Source: Nymphaea colorata
Taxonomy: Eukaryota
Assembly (NCBI RefSeq): GCF_008831285.2
Contig: NC_045138.2
Location: forward strand, 26,784,001-26,848,000
DNA length: 64,000 bases
Direction: 5' to 3'
In this document: positions 23,027-42,146 of the stretch, one piece after another
How the letters are laid out: each line of letters starts with the position of its first letter
Position numbering within the stretch: position 1 is the first letter of the stretch
Program-made: the position numbers and the translations under genes
Notes under the pieces: generated by a model
Told to the model about the DNA's origin: nothing
The model's database searches: none
Seen by the model: only the letters and a program-made list of their open reading frames with translations

Positions 23027-25518
23027 CTATTTGTCGTCAGAACTGTGAACTGTTCTAAGCCAAATTATCAATGAAAGCTTGAATCCTTTTTTTCTCCTTG
23101 TTTAGCGACTTTTGAACAATTAATCTTTGTTTCTCTGGGCAATTTATTTGTGTTCATATGATGACAGTCTCTTCGAAGGGATAGAATAGATTAATCAATT
23201 GATGGTGGTAGGGCCTCATCCGACTTGAGATCATCCGTTTATTGTTTCGAATGGAAAAGAGAAAGTTGTGCTAAATTAAACGCTAGCTGTTGCTTTCTCA
23301 TCTGTGCAATGAAACTGACATTTTGGTCGCTCAATCTTTTCTTCTCTGGAAAAAAAAATGACAACGTATAGGAAGGAAATTTGTATATGAATGGTGAGCA
23401 AGGAATCACCTGATGAAAGAATGAACAAGAAAAAAATTGAACAAAAAACAGAACCCAAGAAACTGTTCTAATTATTTGTAGAAGTCAATGGATCCTGTTT
23501 GCTGCCGGCCAATATATGTAAGCACATGAATCGCTAGCTAGAAGCCAAGGCTAGGCAGATAGAGATCAGCCAACCAAACCTTCTTCAACCTGAACGTCAT
23601 TATTCCAACTGTCTTATTGGCCTAGCGATCCTTGAAGTGGAAAACGTTTTCCTGCAAAATGAATCAAACAGTGATGTAGCCTATTCAGGAATACGCATCA
23701 AGGCTACCTCTGAGCAGTTGTTCGATTTCTTCTGTTTCAAGTATAATTGTAAGCTTCTCATATAATTCAGTGAAGCTATAATCATAAAGTGGCAGATGTC
23801 AAATCTAGATTCGAATTCAGACTTTGATTTCTGAAACCAAATTCAAGTCTGACTAGCATCAATCTGATATTTATGGGTGATCAGGTCAAATCATTATCAG
23901 ATTTTAGTGGGATATCTGATTTGGATACGGAATCCAAATCTGCAGATTGCTAATCAAATCGAGATTCCTCTATCAAATTCAATTAAATAGATTCAAAATC
24001 GGATTCACAAATACGATATATTCAATCTACTTGCATACCTAGGTTTACCACTTTCTGAAAGTGATTTGTCAGATTATATAATCTGCTATTAGGGGTGGGG
24101 CTTCTCTTCTACGCCTTTTCGTCATATTCCTTTTCGTACCTTGTAAAAGTCCCCAGTTCGTTAGGAAGAGTGAAATCACGTCAGAAAACAAATCTTCAAT
24201 TCTTAAATATTAAGGTGTACAATCTTCATTTCCTAGTCCTTTGAACTGCAAATGGTGGATGTGCAACATTCTAGTTGATCGAAAGTAATTTGAGATTTTA
24301 GTTGATGGAAAGTGATTTGAGATCATGAGATCAAAGGTCATAAGACTTTAAATCATAATTTCTTAGCCGCGACTTTGAATTTCTTCTTAAAAAAAAGTAC
24401 TATTGGGAATCGTACGTCAGTCACCGGAAGATGATGAAGCTGTTAATGGGGACAGCAAAAACTTCAAGTTAACTATCACGAGAATCTCAACCCCAACTTA
24501 AATCTTCTTTTTTCATCTTTCAACTTTCAAGGAGGATCTCACAATTTTAAAGCAGAAAACAACATTGACTGAGTAGCTGTGCCACTAGAAACACCTCCAA
24601 TTTTGGGGACAAGGAAAACTTCAAGAAAACATACTCATTTTTTTAAATGAAGGCAAAGATATGGTCAAGTTGTTACATTTAAACACTAAAGCGCATATAA
24701 AAAAGGGGTAATTAAAAGAAAATCAAATTTAGGCATGTTTTTGCTACGACAAGGCTGTTGAGGCAAAATTTTCATTTACAAGGAAAATGGGCTGGACTTG
24801 GAACTCTTGGCATGGCAGCTCACCTTTAGATAAAAAATGTAAGAATAAATAAATTTGATACCACTAAATGCATTAGAAATAGGACCAAAGTCAGATCGTA
24901 GCAGCCAATAGTGACGAAAATTTGCTAGTAACGGACTCCTTTCTACCCATGTACATCAATTTTTTTCTGTGGACTCAAGGTTCTGTCAAGGCAGAAAAAG
25001 GACGAGGCATCAAAGTTAAACTTCATCAACTGCTTCCAACTTATTTTCCACGTCCTGTCCCTTATATGTTGAATATTTTAACCGGACCAGCACTAAAATA
25101 GTGCGTCCGACTATTGCTTTATTGTATTCTTGTAGTAGGATTGAGACAAGTAACAAATCACAATCACCATAATCTTTTTTTCCGTTTTTTTATTATGAGA
25201 AGGTAGGATTAAGCATATAAGAGACGCACCCAAGTATCAAAATCTGTTTGATGACTTTCAATTTAACGATCTTTTAAGTCCAATCACAAAGCAATGTAGG
25301 AAATGACAGAGATCATGAAAGTCTTCGACCAACTGGGGTTAAGGAAGGCATTAGGCATGGCGAGAGGCTGAACATGACGTCGGTCGTTGGCCTCGTGGCT
25401 CATGGCCCCTCGATGTGGGGCAGTGGTAGCCACCGCTTAAACTCTTGCTACGTGTCCGGCTGAACGCGAGATGATGATTTTTATCTATCCCTATCGACAA
25501 ACGTGGGAAAACCCATTG

Positions 25519-25553
<35 letters not shown>

Positions 25554-25648
25554 TCGGTGGATCGTGAGAAAGATGTGGCTCCGGATGGATGGTAGTTTCC
25601 TTTGACGGCTGAACGACCAACCTTGGCTTCTCTCTCTGTCTTCAATCT

Positions 25649-28600
25649 ATGGCGGATGTTGTTCACCGATCAGTCTTCTGCCTTCACTATTCCCCTCTTG
25701 TGTTGCCTTTCCCCTCCGCTAGCTCCAGCAAGCTGTCGTTGCCCTCCAAGATACTGAGCAGGAATTTGCGTTTGGAGCACGAAGAATCGAGCCAGAGATT
25801 TCTGTGGGTGACCGAGTTTTCGAGTTTCTTAAGGAGTAGGAGTGCCTCTCACGTCAAGGTGAGTCGTTTTCTGGTGAAATATTATTTGCTGCCTTTCAAT
25901 TATCTTTCATTCGAAGGTGGCTTTCGTGGGGCTTCGTCGAATTTTGCAAGTTCGAGAAGTTTAAATGGCTTCGTTCGTTACTGCTTCATAAATTGCGTAC
26001 ACGCTGTGTGTTTATTTCCGTTTTCTAGTTTGTTCAGTTTTCTTGATTAAGGGATGTAGTATATTTCTTGGTTTCATATCTAGAGGAGAATATTATCTCT
26101 TAATATTATATGATATTGAAACTGTCAAGAGTTTAAATTGAGTGGATGTTTTCTGCTACGGAAGAATTTCCTCTCTAGTTGTAATCGGTTTCATATTGAG
26201 CTTGGATTGCAACTACGTGGAATTGTTTTGAAAGAATCGTGTTTGTAACCAAACTTTCTCTTTCTAAGAATTGTAATGGATTTGTTTGTTTCAAGTGCAA
26301 TCTGTTGCTTATTGGAAGTGCCATTGTCCAACTTAATACTTCTATATTGCATTAGTGGTCTAGCCATTTCTGGGGGTCTTCGCCTGCTTTACTTTTAACG
26401 AGAGTACTGTAATTTCTCTGTTCTTTGGTACTTCTACATCATTATTGTTCTGAGAGATGGCTGCATATGGCGTGCTTCTTTTTTCTTTATTACATTTGGC
26501 TCTTGGAAACTTTTATTCTTCAGGCTCGTGACTCTGTTGCCGAGGGTGATGAGCAGAAGTGGTGGGAGAAGAATGCTGGTCCAAACATGGTCGACATTCA
26601 CTCTGCTCAAGAGTTCCTTGATGCATTGCGAGATGCCGGTGATAGGCTTGTAATTGTGGAATTTTATGGCACTTGGTGTGGCTCTTGCAGAGCACTTTTT
26701 CCCAAGGTGATTCTGATTTAATTAGCCTTCTTGTGATATTATTCTTTTGTAATTTTCATATGGTGATCCTGCAGAGATATGTGATAGGATGTCAACTGCA
26801 GTCTTCTCAGGATAGATGTATGTGAAAGAACATTTTAATCAATTACACCTGAGAATAAGTTCTACAGAATAAAAGGAACTTGGTGTGCAGATGGGACATA
26901 TCAGTTGCATCTTTAAATTAGAAGGATTCATTTAGTACAGGAGATAATACTGCTGCTATTTTCTCAGTTCAGTAGTTAAAGAACTCTGAGATGCAACTGT
27001 TTCACTCTGTTAATGGTCTACATCATTTAAAAAACACCTTTCCAGCAACATGTATGCTATTTTTTGTCAAGGATTTTCTTCTTGTCATGGATGTCAGTTG
27101 CCTTAAGATAACTCCAAGAGAGATTTCTTTTCAGTTGTTTGGATAAATATAACTCATATTTGAAAAGACGAAAAGCTCATCATTTACTGGGAAATGGACC
27201 ATATATTCTACCCAATGGCGTAGCCAGAAATTTCTGACTGGGGGCACTAATACATTAAATTTTAACTTTTAAGGGGTAACCAATATGCAAATAACTAAAT
27301 GGCCATGATATGGTGAGGGAAATTGCCCACACCAGCTCACATGTGTCTCTGCCATTACTGATCAAGTTCTTCCTGTATTCCTCCATTTGAGGAGTTCACA
27401 GTCCTAACAATTGGTAACTCTTCCCAACCAATACAATTGATTTAATGTGTTCATAATTATCATCAAACTCCCATAGGAGCCAATTCAATTTCCCCTTTGT
27501 GATAATGCTTTAGTTTCTCCCACAAGTTTCAGAATCCTGTAGTATTTTATGCTGCCTTCTTCCGTCTTCTACTCTTTTAAGTTTTCATTATGTTGCATTT
27601 CCTGTCCAATAGGTGTCAAATCGTACATATCACCTGTGTCTTCTGTTAGTGAAGTTAGCTCTTTCTTTTAACAAATCATTCTCTATGACTTTGGTTGCGA
27701 CATTTGTCCGTTTAAATCATGTGTTTCACATTGTTTCCAGACATCTTTCGGGCCTTTAGCCTTCACTTCTGTAAATGTTTCTCCAACCGATAGCTCCATA
27801 TGTTAGATGAGTAATGCCACTGCTGGCATCCTCAGGTCCCAGCCTGGGGGTTACAGTCTGATAGAAGAAGAAGAGGCGTTTTGATCAAAGATATGCTGTG
27901 ACACTTGCTTCTGACGACATATACAAGTGCTCGTTCGAAGTGGAGTCACTCCTGATTCCATATTCCAATTTCATAAACAAGAAATGTGACATTCCCAGCC
28001 AAACAATTGGATCCTCTTCATTTGGTCGATGTACACCATATTTATGCATCCGATCTTTCTTCTTGCTTTTATTGTTGTAGAAGTAGCCTTAATCTTTTCC
28101 ATTTGCATTGATTGGAAACTAAAGGCATCAATTTGGATGGCCATGAATATGGAGGTCTTAGTCCAGTCACGGTTCTTGCTTTAGAATGTTGGGTACTTCG
28201 TCAGGTAGCCATAACCATTCAGCTAGGCTACTACAGATTAGTTTCCAATTGTCATACCAATTCAATAGCTCCAGCAAGTGGTTGTATCACATCCCTGTAG
28301 GGCTTTGCTCCACATGATCACAAGCCTAATGTCATTCACTCCTGCTAGATGTTGAAAAAGGTCATTACATGCTATTGCCAGCATCGGTGTGCTCCAAATT
28401 CAGTTACTCTTGTACCACTTCTGATTATTTTACACTCTCGGTCTTATTGTGATGGACTCCACTTCTATGGGAAGCAAATGGGTCAGATCTAGGACCATAT
28501 ACTTCAGGTGAGTTTGTATTCCATTCCAGAATCATGAAAATTTCTAGACCCCCGAACAAGGTCCAACCTGTTTGCAAATCCTACAGCCATCTAATCCAAG

Positions 28601-31397
28601 ACTCAGACACGTTTGAACAAAAAAATAAGAATATTGAAAAGTAACTGAAGAGCTGTTTTAAGTAGAATTTGCAGACACTATTTACATAAACATGCTGAAA
28701 AGTCAGTGTCCCTGATGAATACGAGGAAAAACGGATACAAGAAAAAGAAAAGTAGAGGAAGGATGAAGGAATAGTTGAAAAAAGAATGGCCCAGATTGAG
28801 CCCAACCTCTTTAGTTTCAGATAACACATTCTTTGATAAAAAACTTATAATGCTTATATTGTACAGCATTCTGCCATCATTGACAGAGAATGACCTCCTT
28901 ACCAAATAGGCACTGGGGTTTTTATGGGACTTTATTCTATAGTAGCATGAGTCTTATTTCCTCTCCGCTGCTTTCAACAGATATACTGTTTATTATTAGT
29001 TTCATTCTTTCTGAATGCATTCAAATCCTCAGTATTTTTTATAGGTACTTCTTTGTTTTTTGTGGGTCTGTGGTCCTTCATGGAAATGCTTTTATTTATT
29101 GATAAACTTGCATTTGGATTCTGATGAGACAAAGACTTGATTTGCTTAGATACTTCCTTTTCTATTGCTTTTATTATAACCTACTTTGGAAGCTACTAAC
29201 AGCCCATGGCCGCTGCAGCTATGCAAGACTGCTGAAGAGCATCCTGAAATCCTTTTCTTGAAAGTGAACTTTGATGCGAATAAACCCATGTGCAAGCGGC
29301 TGAATGTTAGAGTGCTCCCATATTTTCATTTCTATCGGGGTACTGATGGACAATTGGAGTCCTTTTCTTGTTCACTAGTAAAGGTTAGTGGTCTGACATA
29401 TTAAATTCTGGTTTTTATTGTAAAAGTTTAGGTTAATCAACCTTAACACCGAAAGGATCTGTTGACCTTCTTAGGATCTATAAAATTTGTTGATGTCATA
29501 CACTTTTTTCTGTTTGATTGCCTCCTTTTTTTGTGTGCTGAAGATGGTTATGGCATCTATAAATAAATGACTAGAGGATCATTGGAACAAAAATTTCTCA
29601 CCGACTGCACAAGCAAACAGTCGTTCATCCAAGTTTCTGTGTGACATGGTCACTTTTAATAGCATAACTGTCCCATTTGATACAACATGATTTTCTGATA
29701 CATGATCACATTTCCAGGACACTACCTGGCCAATCAACTTTTGTGTTTAACTAGTCTGTTTTTTTTCTAATGACCTTGATCTCATTTTGTTATCATCCAT
29801 TCTTTTTTATTTAGAATTTTTGTCGAGCCCATTATAGTTTAATCTTGGTTTTATTGTTGCTTTTATTCATAATGGGTTGGAACTGTTTGGTTTTTCAAGT
29901 GTTTGCTCTTAAGGTAATGGCCATTATGTATTGCTTAGAGACTTAAAAGTTGAAGATAAATCTGATCATGTACAGGCAAGGGCATACTACCTGCATGACA
30001 GCCTTCTTAACTGGTCTTGCAAAGGCAAAACTAAATCATTCAATGCTTTCATCCAGTGGCTCAGGTCTCCATTTCCTTTTAAAAGAGGAAAATGATAGTG
30101 GGTGATTATCATCTATAGTGACTGCATTTTTTCTAAAAAAAAAGTGGAGATTTGAACCATTTGATCGTAGATGACTTCATCCTGTTGTCTAGATTGACAC
30201 TTGTAGGATCAGTTAAAAAGTTTGACTGTGTATGTATGAAAAGAGAGAGAGGGAGAGAGAGAGAGAGATTGATTGGTATGCCTCAAGTGTTATGCGCCCG
30301 ATGTTCCCTGCCTTAAAGCCATCTGGCTAAATGGATAGACAATCAAAATAATTTGAAGATGTGAACTACGTAGTTCATTTAACAAATGAAGACTTTTAAA
30401 TGACATAATTTTTATGTAAGAACAAAAATCAAGGGCATCAAAAATGAAATGGGTAACAGTGCATCAAAATTTGGCAGGTTAGAGAATGATCATCTTATTT
30501 CCTTTGAATATAAACCAGAGTATGGTTTTAAACCTCTGCCGATATGATTATATTATGTCAAATTAAGGGCACTTCTGGTGTGTGTACATATATATGTGCA
30601 TCCGAAGTACTCATGGATGACATACCTTGCACAAGCCGATGCTATGGGTGAACAACCCTAGTCCAGAAGGCACACAGAAGGGATTTGACTGCAGGTTCGG
30701 GCCTGGGTTTACCTTCAATGCACGCCTTGTCGTAGTCGTGTATTTCCTTTCTAAATTTCTGCACATTGTTCTGTTGAACCAAGCGTACCTCCGTTGTGTC
30801 CCATACCTTTGTTTCTTCATGGCAACTAGACTCGATAACATCTGACATTGCTTGCAAAAGAATACTCATTACGTGCACGCAGACATGTAAACCCTTCTTT
30901 TCCAAAATGAGTCTTTTCCATGTGTGAAGACTTACGGTGTAGCTTTCCTTTTTCGATCATTGAGTATGGCTTTCCTCTGAAACTGCATTCACACTCTCAG
31001 GTCCTAGCCTTTGTTTCTTTAAACAAGTAGGGATGCCAATCTTTGCACCTTTGATTGTGTGAGATCAATAATGATCTTATGGTTCTGTACACACACGGCT
31101 GTAATACCACTCTCATATGAAAATATTTGTCTCTTATATCAGCAGAAACGCAGTATAGTTCTTCTGATAATTGTTGTTTCTCATTTGTATTATGTCACTT
31201 CTCCATAAACTATTTCTTGCTCGTCTGATCAATGCCAGTGCAAATCTTTTTCCCTGCAGTTCCAGAAGATAAAAGACTGCATTGCAATGCACAACACTGC
31301 TCGATGTAGCATCGGTCAGCCTACAGGCATCGGCAACATAGACCTTCTTGCATCTCCAGATGCAAAAGACAAGCCAGCAGAAGCCAACTCTCGGTAG
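25649..31397 (+). CDS. ACHT: Chloroplastic atypical Cys/His-rich thioredoxin (ACHT1/2, thioredoxin-like 2), 4 exons, ~231 aa
   Basis: Exons 25649-25858, 26524-26706, 29219-29383, 31260-31397 (696 nt). Ser-rich transit peptide, then [61 protein letters not shown] and HNTARCSIG. Confidence 0.93.
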
Positions 31398-31900
31398 CTG
31401 TTGTAGAGGTTACGCGGTTTGGTATATATTTGATCTGTAATGTTTCCGTATTTGGAAAGGTTTATTTCTTCCAATGTAACATCCTCGTTAAATATGTTCT
31501 ATTTAATGCAAAATTGAATGAAAATCCTCTCCATTGTTTCTGTTTCGTTTGTTTTATCCTCTTTCTTGTTCGCTTTCGCTCCAGTTATGGTGCGCTTGTG
31601 TTGTTGCTTCGAAAGCTTCAGAATCCCTTTCCATCAGTAACGCTGCTAACAGCCACAAAGGACAAGTTCAGGAATTTTTAGTATGTGTGGGTGGCGCTGT
31701 TTTCTCAACGTCAGGAAGCAACACTTTCATATATATATATATATATATATAGATATATATACATATAAAGAGAGAGAGAAAAAAATTGAATGGTTATATA
31801 TATATATATAAAGAGAGAGAGAGAGGGAAAAATTGAATGGTCATTTAATCTGCACTGTTCAATCTAAAATCTAATATAATCAATGGTTAAAAAATAAGAA

Positions 31901-32407
31901 AAAAATAAAAATAAGTGATAGGCATTTTTGTTATTTAATATTAATTTACATTTTTTTGTTTTTATTTTTTTCTCAATCAAATATATGAACCGTCTCGTTA
32001 AATGGTTGGATGACTTTAAATTGAGTTATCATTTATATATATATATATATATATGAGAAAGCAATAAAATTCACATTCTTTAATTTTTATTAAAAAAAAT
32101 TTAAATAAAATATAAACATCTTAATATATTTATAAAAACTATTATATATATATATATATATATAATAGTTTTTATAAATATATTAAGATGTTTATATTTT
32201 ATTTAAATTTTTTTTTAATAAAAATTAAAGAATGTGAATTTTATTGCTTTCTCATATATATATATATATATATAAATGATAACTCAATTTAAAGTCATCC
32301 AACCATTTAACGAGACGGTTCATATATTTGATTGAGAAAAAAATAAAAACAAAAAAATGTAAATTAATATTAAATAACAAAAATGCCTATCACTTATTTT
32401 TATTTTT
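31901..32407. repeat. Near-perfect ~507-bp palindrome centred on a (TA)n tract
   Basis: 31901-32153 is the reverse complement of 32154-32407, with one homopolymer indel noticed by eye. A diverged third copy of the inner arm follows at about 32412-32497. Confidence 0.9.
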
Positions 32408-33919
32408 AGAGAGCAATAAAATCCAAACTCTTTAATGTTTATTAAAAAAATATTTTAAATAAAACATAAACATCTTAATATATTTATAAAAAACTATTTT
32501 GATATAAACATGCTTTGATTTAAGTTGTTTTTATGAAAAATATAGATTTTTTATTAATAAAAAATGTTGATGTTATGGGAGCTATTATTTTTTATTATAA
32601 AAACAATATTAAAATCTACCAAATGATCAACTTCCTATATGTTTTGCATCAACAGTAATGAATTGCAAAACATCGAAATTATTATGAACAACTATATTTC
32701 GTTTGTTTTATCCTCTCTCACGACGCTGCCGATTCCCCTGCCCCTCCCACCTTTCTTTCCTCTGCTGCCGGCCGCAAATAAGTGATTTAACTAATTCAGT
32801 AGACATGTGATGACCTTGAAGATTCAGCCAAAAGAAAAAAAAAACATTAAAAACACAAAAATAAGTCAGCTGAAAAAAAAAGGAAAAATTGCGGTTTTAT
32901 CGTTGTCGGGTTTAAACAGTAACATTTTTCTTAGATATAATATGACGAGTTTGAAAAAATAAGAAAAATATGATAATACGAGAACATCAAAAAATAACTA
33001 GATATTTAAAAAAGTAAAAATTAAAAAATAAAAACAAGCAGTTTGACATTAAAAATTATAAAAAAAACACCTAAAATGAAAAAAAAAACACGTTTTTTCC
33101 AGTTTTTTGAACCTCAAAGAGTCTTGACATCAATGCAGTTCAAATCGAGTGGTTCAGGCTTTTTATTTATTTTATTTTATTTATTTTTTTGAAAGAGATT
33201 TGAAATTTTTATTTATTTTTTTGAAAGAGATTTGAAAACCCCCACTATTCCACCTACCTCCAAGGTTGTGGGCGGCATTGGAATGACAGAAAATGCATTC
33301 TTCAACTTAAATACTGTGTCCCACCATTTAAAACACAGAAATATAATGCCCACGGTTAAAGACCTATCTTTCCATGTCGACGCTATGCCTTTTAAGGCAG
33401 TTTAGGGTGACTTTGACAACATAAATTTATATTCCATAGAACATAAACTTAAGAAAAACTCACTCTGGATAGAACAACAATGGAGTATCTGAATCAGTGA
33501 GTTGAAAACTCTTTCTTGTCCGGTTGAATACCATGCAACGCAATTTTATGATTTTTCCGAGAGCTCGTCGCTTTCGAGAAGGCGTGTGAACAAGAGACGA
33601 GTTGGATCTTCCCTAAAAGGTTGGAGAAAGGGTCAGAGGGAGCGTGTACATTGAAAAGTATGAAAGTTTCCAACCCATTACATTACTTCTAGAATGTGAA
33701 GAAGTCGAGGCGAGGCTCCGATGACTGCCCGTCCTTTTCCCTTCAAATATAAGAGAAAAAATCATTTGCTAGGTTGCCCTAAGAGTAAGATTTTCACTCG
33801 TAATTGTTGCTAATCTAAGTTAGTGGGTAATTCTAACAATACATATGGAGAGCATTATTGTTATTATTATTATTATTATGTCATTTACCTTTCTTTCTTT
33901 CTTTCTGGATAGAGATTAT

Positions 33920-34270
33920 TAATATGTTTGATTTGAATTGGATACTCAACCGAACCGTTTTGAAAATCGAATGTGGAAAGAAATTTAAAATCGGATTATA
34001 TTTGGATTTAAGAAATAACATTAAATATCTCACTCAATTTATATTTGAATTCAGACCAGATTTAGCTTTAAATAAATATCATACATCCAATGCTTGTACT
34101 ATTTGAAGATAGACCACCCAATTCAAAATTCAGATTAGAATTGTGAAATTTGATTTCAAATTCAAAATTTGCATTCAAATCTGAATTCAAATATATATAA
34201 ATATATATCTAAAAAACCAAATATAATTAAGGATATATCCGATTCAAATTGAATTCATTGACATCGATTA
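33920..34270. mobile_element. Degenerate non-autonomous DNA-transposon fragment (GGATTT/AATCCG/GAATTC-rich family); similar fragments at 8500-8620, 10125-10390, 23790-24040 and 36375-36490
   Basis: Recurrent short motifs (TTGGAT, ATCCGA, AATTCAAA) shared among these AT-rich tracts. Termini were not resolved. Confidence 0.4.
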
Positions 34271-35473
34271 GCTTCTCTCTCTCGTTGTCACCCTCCTATC
34301 CATTATTCCATTGCTTGTCTTCTACTTCCTCCTGTTCCTTTTGTTAAATTTTATGAAATTGGTTGTCGCACCAATTTTTTTATTCAATGCATCTTCAATT
34401 TGATCAGCGAAAGCTTCGTTTAAAAAAAAAAATAAAAACAATAAGGCCAGCTATACTTTCGCTCGGCTAGCTTTCTTTGAATTTATGTGGTTGGAAAAGG
34501 GCATCCCGTCCTTACATGTTGGTACCGTTGACCAACGTGTGGTCGGAGTGCAGCCAGACCTGGTTCTCATTGACCAGGACGTTGACGGGACCAGTTTAGT
34601 TAAGCACGGTCCATCAGCCTGTCCTGTCAAGCCTAGCTCGAGCTGTCGTCAGCCAGGTTTGAATAGGCCAGGCCGAGAGCGCTATCAGAGCTAGAAATTT
34701 TTAGCTGAGGAACACACGAGTCGCATTGACATATAATCGTAATGTCATTTTTGAATTCTTTTAGCAGACATCCTTTATCTCCGCCACCAAATGGGAAACA
34801 AATTAACCAAATGGGAAACAAATTAAAGGGACTCGAAACAGTTCAACTCCAGAGAGATTCGAACTTAGAATTTCAACCCATTAAATTTGACTATTTGGTG
34901 TGTATGCATGTATATTTAGCATGAAACATTCTTGTCACGCTTTGTTGAATTCAAGGCAACGATTTTTACTTACTCAAAGGCAATAAATGTCATCACTGCC
35001 ATCATCACGTTCATCTATCTCAGATCTTGGTCAACATATATGATCTTGAGGATCTTTTGGTAATGAAATATTTTCTTCCTTCTTTTGCTCAGTTACATCT
35101 CTTCATGTAAAACTGAGTATATAATTCAAACTCTACATAATTTATATTTTGGTGACCCCGAGGCTATCCTACCATTCAAACAAAGAGTAGAGTTACATAT
35201 GTGTGGGCCCCTGTGGACAATAGGCTCGAAGTAGAGCCACATGCCCCTCAAAGTTTTTTTTTTTTTTTTTCAAAGAAATATTTTTATATATTTGTTATGT
35301 TATGTATATGAGCGTCCCTTTAACATTAAAATCCATAAATAATGTCTCTTGTAGAAAGTTTTTCTCTCTTTGCTAGTTTTGAGCAAAGAGTGGGTCCAAC
35401 AAATTATTTGGCTCGGGCTCGACCCGTTGCGCAGCCCTAGCTTTCTACTAACATGTGTAATACCATTTAGCAA

Positions 35474-35900
35474 TAGGGGTGAACGAGTTCGAGCCGAATC
35501 ATTCGCTTAACGAGTCGAGCTTAAGTTCATGAGTCGACTCGTTCAAATAATCGAGTTGAGTTCCAGCTCAACACATAATTGTCGTCAAGTTCGAGCTTTA
35601 ATCGAGTTTGTCGAGCTTTAATCAAGTTTGTCGAGCCTTAATTAAGTTGATATATTCAAACAAGTTTACGAGCCTTAATCGAGTCAAGCTCGAGCTCAAC
35701 ACGTAACGATGAATATCAATTCTATTGAAACGAGTTTGTCGAGCCTTAATCAAGTCTATCTCGAGCTCAACACGTAACTGTGGAATCAAGCTTGAGCTGC
35801 TTCCGTCGAGTATTTTTGAGCTCAAGCCGAGTCAAGCTCAAGGTTTCATTAGTCGAGCCGAGGTCAAGCTGAAGGTGGACTCGGCTCCTGTTCATCCCTA
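35474..35900. mobile_element. hAT-like MITE with dense CGAG/CTCG subterminal repeats
   Basis: TIRs TAGGGGTGAAC ... GTTCATCCCTA. Many GAGCTCGAG/TCGAGC motifs lie inside. No TSD is evident. Confidence 0.7.
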
Positions 35901-36767
35901 TTCAGTGGACCCACTTTCAAGGCCTACTATGTTGCGTTCCAGCAAAGGGAGCGGGTTTTTAAGCATGCCCCTCTTATGTTATGGCCATCATTCAACGTGG
36001 CCTTGGTAGGTATGTGATTTAGAATTGAGGCAATTTAGGAAACGATTACTGTGGCTTTACTTAAAAAAAATTACAAAAGGTGCTATCAAACAATTATAAG
36101 TAACAAGCAGGCCCTAATATGAAATTTTTCCAATTATTGGAAAAGCGTCGCTTTACCAGGCAGCTTCTATCACTTTTGGAGTAATAGTTGAATCCGTAAA
36201 GAAATAAACAAAGCAAAAAATAAAAATTTTAAAAGCGGAATGAAGGGGAACGGGAACTGAATGTTTGGAAAAATATTATATCACAATAAACAACAGGCAA
36301 CCAATTATTGAAATTTTTTTTTTAAAAAAAAAAAAAAAAAAAAAAGAGAAGCTGCTCCCTCACCTTCCCTGGTAACCATGGTTAACCCAATCCAAACCCA
36401 ATTATTAGGAACTTATTTGGATCCAAACCCAGTCCAAATGACAAGAAATTTGCTGGGTACCATGGGAACTTTTGATTTGGATCCGGATTTTGTCTGTGGG
36501 GATATAAAGAATGCGGGCGAAGAGAAGAGACCAGTAGACGACAAACCAGATTCTCTGCTCTCAATCTCAGCCAACGACTTTGACCCTTACTTTTCCACGC
36601 CGTCTCCCTCCTCCGATAAAAGTTGAAAGGGAAAGGGATGAATCAAAAGGTTTCCTCCCGCCATTTCAGGCTTTCTATTCTCCTTCTTCTTCAGTACCCA
36701 ACCGGACGCCTCCCCAAGTTCCTCTCTCTCTCTCTCTGACGGTGTGTGAGGAAGGAGGTGAAGGCAA

Positions 36768-42146
<5,379 letters not shown>

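Noticed and set aside
27300..28450. Possible degraded TE coding sequence in ACHT intron 2
   Set aside because: No motif could be convincingly identified in any frame.
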